A DNA stretch of 36,142 nucleotides from Planctomycetota bacterium (lineage in GTDB: Bacteria; Planctomycetota; DG-23; DATKVD01), in NCBI GenBank assembly GCA_037439485.1, contig JBBIVY010000025.1, positions 1 to 36,142 on the forward strand, given 5' to 3'. The notes under the pieces were generated by a model. It was not told the DNA's origin, searched no databases, and saw only the letters and a list, made by a program, of their open reading frames with translations. Position 1 is the stretch's first letter; the number at the start of each line of letters is the position of its first letter. A program made the position numbers and the translations under genes. Below are positions 17,419-24,952 of this stretch, piece by piece.

Positions 17419-17431
17419 ACGGAGGAGCCGC

Positions 17432-18079
17432 ATGGACCCGAGCGAACTTCGGCGGATCCGTTCCGGGCACAACGGCCTCGCCTGGGCGAAGGCGGGCGGC
17501 TACTTCCTCCTCGCGGCGGTCACGTGGTTCCTCTCGTGGTGGGCGATGTGGCTGATCATCGCCGTCCTGTCGTTCCTGTGGGGCGGTTTCGCCTCGCTGA
17601 AGGCTTGTTCGTGGATTGCGTGGGGCGGCACGGCGCTTCTCTCGATTGAGGGGGTCCGCTATCACCGCCGACTCTTCGACCTCGATGCCTACAGCCGGTC
17701 GATGTACTGCCGGGCGTTCTCCTTCGAAGACCCGCCGCGCGCACGCGCATGGCGGCGGGGAGGCGACCCGCTGGTAATGTCCTACCTCATCTCCCAGTTC
17801 CTTCTCTCGGCGCCGCGCGCGACGGTGAACGTCCTGCGGTCGCTGCGCTCGCGCGTGCCGATGGACGAGGAAACGCTCGCTCGCGCGGCGGCGGTGACGG
17901 AGAAGCTTCGCGCGAAGAAGGGGTGGATGCAGGTGGCCGAACTGGGCGACGAGGGCGAGGCGCTCCTGGCGCTGGACCGGCTGAAGATCATCTGGACGGA
18001 GGCGAAGGACGGCGTTGTGCAGGTGCGCCTCGACCCGGACTACGTGCCGCAGCCGGCGGAGACGGACCTTGCGAGTTAG
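17432..18079 (+). CDS. Hypothetical membrane protein, 215 aa. N-terminal TM helices and a cytoplasmic C-terminal domain. Last gene of the glycosyltransferase cluster.
   Basis: GGAGG RBS 5 nt upstream. WFLSWWAMWLIIAVLSFLWGGFASL hydrophobic segments. Confidence 0.55.
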   Translation: MDPSELRRIRSGHNGLAWAKAGGYFLLAAVTWFLSWWAMWLIIAVLSFLWGGFASLKACSWIAWGGTALLSIEGVRYHRRLFDLDAYSRSMYCRAFSFEDPPRARAWRRGGDPLVMSYLISQFLLSAPRATVNVLRSLRSRVPMDEETLARAAAVTEKLRAKKGWMQVAELGDEGEALLALDRLKIIWTEAKDGVVQVRLDPDYVPQPAETDLAS

Positions 18080-18096
18080 GGCGGCTTCGGCGGGCA

Positions 18097-20295
18097 CTAC
18101 TGCCGCGGATGGAACAGGTCCTGGAACCATTCCTTCACGGGCGTCCAGAGGTCGAGGTCGTCCTCGTTCATGCTGCGGAGTATCTGGTAGAGGGCGCCGT
18201 AATCGTCGGTCCAGAGGAGAATCTGGCGCGAGGTCGACGGCCAGGGCGTGGAGTAGTCGCGGACGGTGGCGCTATTCAGGAACTCCTCGTTGGCGGTGAC
18301 GAGCACCCACTCCGAAATCAGGCAGCCGGGGGCCAGGTCTTTTTCCGGCGGATCGACCAGCACGGCCTCGCGCCCGAACTCCGCGGCGAGCCCCCGCACC
18401 ACGGGCCGAAGGTCGAGGTAGCGGTTCGAGATATGCACCGCGAGGATGCCGTCGGGTTTAAGCCGCCGGAAGTAATAGGCCCCGCATTCCTTCGTCAAGA
18501 GGTGCATCGGGATGGCGTCGCTCGAGAACGCGTCGACGGCGAGGACGTCATACTTTCGGGCGTTCTCGCATACCTCCCGCTCGATGGAAATCCGCGCGTC
18601 GCCCATCACCAGCTTCATCGTCGCCGGGCTCTCCCGGCGATAGGTGAAGTACTTCGCCGAAAGCCGCTCCACCTCCGGGTTGATCTCATAGAAGGTGATG
18701 TTGTCGCCATGCCGGCCGAATGCCGCGACCGTGCCGGTCCCCAGGCCGATGACGCCGATGTTGAGCGTGTTGTCGGCGGCAAAGCGTCTCGGGTTGTAGT
18801 TGAGCGCGAGGGCGACCCCGCTGGTCGGGCCGTAGTACGACGTGGGCTCCCGCCGCCACGGCAGGTCCTTGAATTGGAACCCGTGGTTCGTGCTGCCGTG
18901 GGAAAGCTGCAGCGCCATAAGCCCCGGCAGCTTCCTGTAATCGGGCTCGGTCTCGCGGACCTTGAGCACGCCGTAGAAGTTGCGCGAGCGATCGACGGCG
19001 TCGCCGGAGGATTTCTTGATGTTCGCGCCGAGGAGGGTGGCCATCCCGATGAAGAGCCCTCCCAGGATCACCCAGGCCCAGACCGGGCGGAGTCCGTGGA
19101 GCCGGGACTTCGGATCGCGCATGTGACAGATGAGCGCGAGGAGCACCGCGGCGGCCAGGGAGATGTGGAATTCCCAGTAGTTGGTGAAGATCGCGGGCGC
19201 CACCAGGACGACGAGCACCCCGCCGAGCGCGCCGCCCGCGGCGATGAGCAGGTAATAGAGCGTCAACCGCTCGGCCGGCGGCCTCAGCCGGGAGAGTTCC
19301 CCGTGACAGGCCATGCAGATGAAGAAGAGCGCGACGCCGACGTTGATGATCTGGATCGGCAGTTTCTGCGGTATGTTCCGGTTGAGCATGTAGAGCACCA
19401 GGCCCACCGCCCCGAAGAGCAGCAGGAGGCCCACGAAGTTGCGGAGGTACCACCGCGGGCTGTCGAAGGCGATGATGAAGGTGATCAGGTAGACGGCCAG
19501 CGGCATGATCCACAGGAACGGCACGACGGCCATGTCCTGGCAAAGGTAGTTGGTCGTCGCCAGAAGCGCCACGGACCCGGCGCAGGGAAGCAGCAGCCAG
19601 AGGAGGATGTCGCCCCGGCGGACCTTCTCCGGGGGCGGCGGGGCGTCAGGCTTGCCTTGGGCTTGCTTATTGCCGTCGACGACCTCGGTGATGATCTGCG
19701 CCTCGCCGGCGCGCGATTTCGCGTACCGGAGCGCGAGCCACGCGCAGAGGAGGGCGAAGACGCCGTAGCCGACGGACCACGAGAACGCCTGGGCGCGCAG
19801 GCGGAAGTGCGGCTCGACCGCGAACGGATAGCTGAGGAGCGCCAGGAGCGAGCCGAGGTTGGAGAGGGCATACAGCCGATAGGGCGAGCGGCCCGGGTGC
19901 GAGCGCGCAAACCAGTCCTGCAGGAGCGGCCCCGTCGTCGACAGCACGAAGTACGGCGCCCCGACCGTCGCCGTCAGGAGCAGCAGTATCCGCCAGACGG
20001 GCATGGAGGAATCGCACGGCTTCCAGAGTTCGGCCGAGGGGATGATGGGAAGCGTCAGGAGGCTCGCGGTGAGGACCGCGACGTGGAGCCACGCCCGTGT
20101 CTTCGGATGCTTGATGCGCGTCGTGGCATGGGCGTAGGCGTAGCCGACGAGGAGCAGCACCTGGAAGAAGAGCATGCACGCCGTCCACACCGCCGGCCCG
20201 CCGCCGAACCAGGGCAGGATGAACTTGCCGATGAGCGGCTGCACCTGGAAAAGCAGGAAGGCGCTGAGGAAGATCGTGATGGCGTAGGCGGCCAC
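18097..20295 (-). CDS. Fused polytopic membrane domain / spermidine-synthase-like domain protein
   Basis: N-terminal half with about 12 TM helices. C-terminal IGVIGLGTGTVAAF...DVLAVDAFSSDAIPMHL Rossmann-type spermidine synthase fold. Confidence 0.8.
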   Translation of the reverse strand: MAAYAITIFLSAFLLFQVQPLIGKFILPWFGGGPAVWTACMLFFQVLLLVGYAYAHATTRIKHPKTRAWLHVAVLTASLLTLPIIPSAELWKPCDSSMPVWRILLLLTATVGAPYFVLSTTGPLLQDWFARSHPGRSPYRLYALSNLGSLLALLSYPFAVEPHFRLRAQAFSWSVGYGVFALLCAWLALRYAKSRAGEAQIITEVVDGNKQAQGKPDAPPPPEKVRRGDILLWLLLPCAGSVALLATTNYLCQDMAVVPFLWIMPLAVYLITFIIAFDSPRWYLRNFVGLLLLFGAVGLVLYMLNRNIPQKLPIQIINVGVALFFICMACHGELSRLRPPAERLTLYYLLIAAGGALGGVLVVLVAPAIFTNYWEFHISLAAAVLLALICHMRDPKSRLHGLRPVWAWVILGGLFIGMATLLGANIKKSSGDAVDRSRNFYGVLKVRETEPDYRKLPGLMALQLSHGSTNHGFQFKDLPWRREPTSYYGPTSGVALALNYNPRRFAADNTLNIGVIGLGTGTVAAFGRHGDNITFYEINPEVERLSAKYFTYRRESPATMKLVMGDARISIEREVCENARKYDVLAVDAFSSDAIPMHLLTKECGAYYFRRLKPDGILAVHISNRYLDLRPVVRGLAAEFGREAVLVDPPEKDLAPGCLISEWVLVTANEEFLNSATVRDYSTPWPSTSRQILLWTDDYGALYQILRSMNEDDLDLWTPVKEWFQDLFHPRQ

Positions 20296-20365
20296 GTATT
20301 TCCGATCGATCTGATTTCATTGCTGGGGGCGACGCGCGTGCGGCCCCGGCTCACGGTTCGCCGGA

Positions 20366-20394
20366 ATTATAGGAAGCATGAGGCCCTGCGTCAA
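20366..20394 (-). promoter_or_regulatory. Strong candidate sigma70 promoter for the fused spermidine-synthase-like gene. -35 TTGACG, 17-nt spacer, -10 TATAAT, read on the minus strand.
   Basis: Reverse complement reads gtTTGACGcagggcctcatgcttccTATAATtccgg, about 65 nt upstream of the start codon. Confidence 0.5.
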
Positions 20395-20461
20395 ACTTTG
20401 TCTTTTACAATCCGAAATGGTTTGGCGATCCGAATTCGTGGAAGGTCGGCGCCCAAGGCAC

Positions 20462-20489
20462 TTGACACCGCGTCTTCCGGCGTTAGAGT
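20462..20489 (+). promoter_or_regulatory. Candidate sigma70 promoter for the PQQ-propeller gene. -35 TTGACA, 16-nt spacer, -10 TAGAGT.
   Basis: cTTGACAccgcgtcttccggcgtTAGAGTgct, about 45 nt upstream of the ATG. Confidence 0.35.
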
Positions 20490-20533
20490 GCTCCAGCGGG
20501 AAATCGTTCATTTCGGCTACATGGGAGACGGCT

Positions 20534-21748
20534 ATGCGACGGAGCGTCCTTTTGTCGTGCGCGTGCCTGGCCTTGCTGACCGCGATCTGTCTCGGGGCGG
20601 AGTGGCCCGGCTGGCGTGGTCCCAACAAAGACGGCATTTCCCCGGAGACCGCCATCAATAAGGATTGGAAGGCCAAGCCGCCGAAGGAACTCTGGCGCGT
20701 TGCGCTCTCGGACGGCGGCCATGCCGGCCTGGCCGTCTCGGGCGGCAAGCTCTTCATCATCGACCACCAGGCCGGCAAGGACGTCGTTCGCGCCATCGAC
20801 GCGGCCACGGGCAAGGACGCATGGACCTGTCCCTATGACGACAAGTCGAAGGACAACTACGGCTTCTCGCGCGCGACGCCGCTGGTCGACGGCGGACGGG
20901 TCTACACGGTCAGCATGATGGGCAACGTGCTGTGCCTCAATGAGAAGGACGGCAAGGTCGTCTGGCAGAAGAACCTCGTGAAGGACTTTGGCGGCGAACT
21001 GCCGGGCTGGCAGATGGCCTGTTCGCCGATGATCGACGGCGAGAAGCTCATCCTTGTCCCCGGCGGACGCGCGGGCGCGGTGTTGGCGCTGAAGAAGGAC
21101 ACCGGCGCGCTCATCTGGCGAGGCGGCGCCGCCGACAAGCCCGGGTATTCCACGCCGGTTGCCGCCACGGTGGCGGGCAAGAAGCAATACGTCGTCCTCA
21201 CCTCCTCGATGCTCCAGGGCGTACAGGCCTCGGACGGAAAGGCCCTCTGGAGCGTGTCCTGGAAGACGCAGTACGACGTGAACGCGCCGACGCCGGTTGT
21301 GACGGGGCCGGATACGGTCTTCATCACCTCCGGCTACGGGCGCGGCTGTGCGCTGGTCAAGGTGAAGGCCGACGGCGCCTCGATCGCGTGGGAGAACAAG
21401 AACATCCAGTCGCACTTTAACACGCCGTTGTTCTTCGACGGCAGGCTCTACGGCACGACCGATCCGGGCGACCTCGTCTGCCTCGACGCGAAGACCGGGG
21501 ACAACGTCTGGCGCAAGGGCGGCTTCGAGAAGGGCGGCGTCGCGGGCGTTGCGGGGTGCGTCGTCGCCCAGGTGGGCAACCGCGGCACGCTTGTGCTCGT
21601 CGAGATGGCGCCCGCCGGCTACAAGGAACTCGGGCGCATCGAGGCGTTTCCCAATTGCCACGAGCGCGCCTGGTCCCCGCCCATCGTCGCCGAAGGGAAG
21701 GTCTTTGCGCGGGACCTGAAAGAGGTGGCGTGCTTCGACATCAAGTGA
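20534..21748 (+). CDS. Secreted PQQ-like (BamB/YVTN-type) beta-propeller repeat protein
   Basis: Start at MRRSVLLSCACLALLTAICLG (signal peptide) with a GGGAGA RBS. Repeated ...DGG.VY... / ...ALD..TG...W blade motifs. Confidence 0.8.
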   Translation: MRRSVLLSCACLALLTAICLGAEWPGWRGPNKDGISPETAINKDWKAKPPKELWRVALSDGGHAGLAVSGGKLFIIDHQAGKDVVRAIDAATGKDAWTCPYDDKSKDNYGFSRATPLVDGGRVYTVSMMGNVLCLNEKDGKVVWQKNLVKDFGGELPGWQMACSPMIDGEKLILVPGGRAGAVLALKKDTGALIWRGGAADKPGYSTPVAATVAGKKQYVVLTSSMLQGVQASDGKALWSVSWKTQYDVNAPTPVVTGPDTVFITSGYGRGCALVKVKADGASIAWENKNIQSHFNTPLFFDGRLYGTTDPGDLVCLDAKTGDNVWRKGGFEKGGVAGVAGCVVAQVGNRGTLVLVEMAPAGYKELGRIEAFPNCHERAWSPPIVAEGKVFARDLKEVACFDIK

Positions 21749-21774
21749 CCCGCGGGGCGAGCCGCGCCGCGTCC

Positions 21775-22914
21775 TTACGCGGCGGGAGGGGACCGCTTCG
21801 GAATCCAGAACGTGGCGACGATGCTCGCTGCGGCGGTGACGATGCCGGTGAGGAAGAGCCACTGGTAGCCGTTGTGGATGAAGCCGGTCGGGCTGTCGAG
21901 TTTCCAGATATAGGCCCCGACGAGCGGCATGGTGACGGCGGCGACGTGGTTCATGGCCACGCCCATGCTGAGGGTGGGGGTCAGCTCCTCGCGCTTGGCG
22001 ATGCGGCCGACATAGGTCGTCAGCGACATGCCGAAGACGAAGAACGCGCTGTCGAGGATGAACACCCCGTAGAGCACCGCGGCGTTCGGGATGAACGCGT
22101 AGCCGATGAAGAAGAGCGTCAGGCCCGAGTAATAGAAAACGAGCACCTTCCTCTCGCCGATGCGGTCGATGAGCCGTCCCACCGGGGGCGAGGCGAGGTA
22201 TCCCACTGTCTGCACCGCCACCGACAGGAGCAACATCCCGAGGAGCGGGGTGTGGTATATCTTGACCAGCAGGAAGACCGCGAAGCAGATGGATATCTGC
22301 TTGCGCCAGCCTTCGAGGAGGCAGAGGACGTAATAGAGCGAGAATTTCTTCCGCAGGACGACGCGCGGCCCGGGCGTCTTGATGCCGCGCGGGATGGACA
22401 GCAGCATGACGCCCCCGACGACGGCGAAGGCCCCCGAGACGATGAAGAGCGGGCGCATCGGCACCTTCAGGAGCGTCAATCCGATCGCCGCGAGAAGCCC
22501 CGCCGCCGTGCCCGCGGCCCCGGCGGCCTGGAGCTGTCCCATGCGCCGGGCGATGCGATCCGGCTCGGCGATGGCGATGGTCATGGAGCTGGGCAGCGGC
22601 ATCCAGACGTGCAGGCCCATGCTCCACACCATGCTTGCGAGCACCAGCCACCCGTAGTCGTAGACGAAGGCGTAGGAGGCGCAGCCGAGGCCGACGATCA
22701 TCAGCATGCCCATGCCCACGAGCGGCTCGGCGAATCCCGCCAGCACCGCGAGCACCCCCAGCGCGATGATCCCGCAGGTCTCCCGCGCCGATTCGAGCAG
22801 ACCGCGCTGCGACCCTGAGACGTGGATCTCGTCGACGAGGAAGTTCTCGTTGATGCCCCCCTGAATGGCCATGCACACGCCCATGCACGCCACCGCCGCG
22901 CCGAGGAAGAACAT
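21775..22914 (-). CDS. MFS transporter. Start uncertain; the track extends it to a GTG at 23073.
   Basis: 12-TM profile. GRLIDRIGERKV MFS motif. Neither candidate start has a clear SD. The shorter start begins directly with a hydrophobic helix. Confidence 0.65.
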   Translation of the reverse strand: MFFLGAAVACMGVCMAIQGGINENFLVDEIHVSGSQRGLLESARETCGIIALGVLAVLAGFAEPLVGMGMLMIVGLGCASYAFVYDYGWLVLASMVWSMGLHVWMPLPSSMTIAIAEPDRIARRMGQLQAAGAAGTAAGLLAAIGLTLLKVPMRPLFIVSGAFAVVGGVMLLSIPRGIKTPGPRVVLRKKFSLYYVLCLLEGWRKQISICFAVFLLVKIYHTPLLGMLLLSVAVQTVGYLASPPVGRLIDRIGERKVLVFYYSGLTLFFIGYAFIPNAAVLYGVFILDSAFFVFGMSLTTYVGRIAKREELTPTLSMGVAMNHVAAVTMPLVGAYIWKLDSPTGFIHNGYQWLFLTGIVTAAASIVATFWIPKRSPPAA

Positions 22915-23107
22915 CGCGCGTTTGCGGTGCGTCTCGTCCGCCAGCGGCTGCGTCGGCAGCGGAAGCTGACTGGAGCTGTCGCGGCTTGGGGCATCGTCGG
23001 ACAAGGGTTTCCCGCCTGAATTGCGTGAATGGAAGCGGAGAATGTTACCGACGCACGCGGCGGGATGCAACACAAAAGAGTTCGCCCCTGTAATCGTCGC
23101 AGGCGTT

Positions 23108-23116
23108 TGCTATACT
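23108..23116 (+). promoter_or_regulatory. Extended -10 promoter element TGcTATACT upstream of the carbohydrate operon
   Basis: gtttGCTATACTatt: a TGn + TATACT hexamer about 30 nt upstream of the GTG start. No good -35 box, which is consistent with an extended -10 promoter. Confidence 0.3.
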
Positions 23117-23146
23117 ATTATGCGGACCAGGTTCCAGGAGGCCAAC

Positions 23147-24943
23147 GTGTCATCGACTCGGCTTATCGTCTGCGTTGCCTTGTTTTTCGTCGTCTCGTCG
23201 CCGCTCGGGGCCGGGACGAAGGTGGCCGCGCTTCCGGCGTCCAACGACGGCGTGGCGATCCCGTACGGCCTCTTCGAGCCGGAGGGCGGGGGCGGCAAGC
23301 TTCCGCTCATCGTCGACGTGGCGCCGTCGGCGGACGCGTTCGAACTGGATGCGGCGAAGCTCTCCTATTACGACCTCGCCAAGGCGGACTACGCGGTGCT
23401 GCGGGTGCCGCCCTTCGGGCGCTCGGGGCAGCAGTGGTCGATCTTCGCCGAGCGCGACGTCGCGCAGGTCATCGAGCACGTGTGCTCGACCGGGCGCATC
23501 GACCGTGACCGTGTCTATCTCTTCGGCGCCACGCAAGGTGTCCCGGCCAACGGCTACGGGGCGAAGCGCCTTCAGTTCGGCACGCTGCAGTACGCGTATC
23601 ATAACCCCGACCTCTTCGCCGCGGTTGTCGGCTCGGGGGGAGATCTGCGCGCCGACGCCTATCGCGGCACGTGGGCGGGAGAGTGGCACCAGTATCAGCT
23701 TCAGTTCGAGTTCCCGCAGCGGCTGCGCGAGATGCCGCTTCTCTGGGCGGAGAACCTCGTCAACACGCCCGCGTGGCTGGTGATCTCCGACATCGGCTAC
23801 GTCGACCGCGACCAGATGCATCTCTACTATCAGCTCGACAAGTTCGCGCCCGTCGAACTCAAGCTGACCCAGGCCCCCGCGCTCCGCGGCAAGAACTCGG
23901 GCGGAGTGTCGGCGATTCCGGACGCCATCCTCAAGGAGCAGATCGCGTGGCTGCTCTCGCACAAGCGCGAGGCGCTGCCGAAGCGCGTGGTCCTGACGAC
24001 GAACACGCTCAAGCATTCCGAGAGCCGCTGGGTGCGCATCGACGCGCTGAGCGAACTCAACCGCTTCGCCCGCATCGAGGCGCACGTCACCGACGACGGC
24101 CGGGTCAAGGTCCGGGGCGAGGGGGTCGAGGGCTTCACGCTCCGCCGGCTCGACGCGCTCGTGAAGGCGCCGAAGGTGGCGGTGGACATCGAGCACGAAC
24201 TCGTCGAGGTCGCCCCCGTGGCCGAGGTCAGCTTCCGCCGGGTCAACGGCAAGTGGGAGTTGGGGAAGGCCGCGGTCCAGGGCAAGTCCGCGCGGTGCGC
24301 CGACAGCATCATCGACGCCTTCCGCGAGCCCTACCTCCTCGTCGTTGGTACGCAGGCCGGGGCCGAGGCGAAACTGCGCGAGCTTGCCGCTGGGACGATT
24401 GCCGCGATCCAGAACGGCGGGCTTGCTGAGCCGCTCGACCTGTCGAAGGTGCCGGTCAAGACCGACGCCTCGGTCACTGCGGAGGACATGAAGCGCGCCA
24501 ACCTCGTCCTCTTCGGCGACGAGCGGACGAATTCGATTATTGCGAAGATCAACGAGAAGCTGCCCATCCGCCTCGATGCGGGCAAGATCATCTCCGGCGA
24601 GCGCACGTTCAGCTATCCGGACCAGGGGCTGATCATGGCGTATCCCAATCCGCTCGAACCGACGCGCAAGGTTGTCGTCGTGACCGGCGCGATCTGGAAG
24701 GGGTATCTCGTGACGGACAAGGCGCTCGCTTCGGCGCCTTTCCCGAAGAACCTTCCCGCGCACGGCTTCCCGCTCCTCGGCGATTGGATCGTCTTCCGAG
24801 AGAACGGCAAGGCCGTCGCCAAGATCGGCCGCGACCTGGTCGGCCTCGACGACGCGGCGGTGGAAGGCGGCTGGTTTGATACTTCGTGGAAGCTCGTTCC
24901 CTCGGGACCGTATTACTTCTTCAACAAGAACTTCGCCAAGTAG
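23147..24943 (+). CDS. Secreted protein of unknown function, about 599 aa. Paralogue A of a tandem pair.
   Basis: GTG start 5 nt after AGGAGG. N-terminus VSSTRLIVCVALFFVVSSPLGAG looks like a signal peptide. It shares long conserved blocks with the next gene, for example GDERTNSIIAKINEKLPIRLDAGKIISGERTFSYPDQGLIMAYPNPLEP versus GSERTNRLIRDVNGKLPVRLDGNKVVVGSRSYEYDDVGLALIYPNPLNP. Confidence 0.65.
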   Translation: MSSTRLIVCVALFFVVSSPLGAGTKVAALPASNDGVAIPYGLFEPEGGGGKLPLIVDVAPSADAFELDAAKLSYYDLAKADYAVLRVPPFGRSGQQWSIFAERDVAQVIEHVCSTGRIDRDRVYLFGATQGVPANGYGAKRLQFGTLQYAYHNPDLFAAVVGSGGDLRADAYRGTWAGEWHQYQLQFEFPQRLREMPLLWAENLVNTPAWLVISDIGYVDRDQMHLYYQLDKFAPVELKLTQAPALRGKNSGGVSAIPDAILKEQIAWLLSHKREALPKRVVLTTNTLKHSESRWVRIDALSELNRFARIEAHVTDDGRVKVRGEGVEGFTLRRLDALVKAPKVAVDIEHELVEVAPVAEVSFRRVNGKWELGKAAVQGKSARCADSIIDAFREPYLLVVGTQAGAEAKLRELAAGTIAAIQNGGLAEPLDLSKVPVKTDASVTAEDMKRANLVLFGDERTNSIIAKINEKLPIRLDAGKIISGERTFSYPDQGLIMAYPNPLEPTRKVVVVTGAIWKGYLVTDKALASAPFPKNLPAHGFPLLGDWIVFRENGKAVAKIGRDLVGLDDAAVEGGWFDTSWKLVPSGPYYFFNKNFAK

Positions 24944-24952
24944 GGGGCTCAC

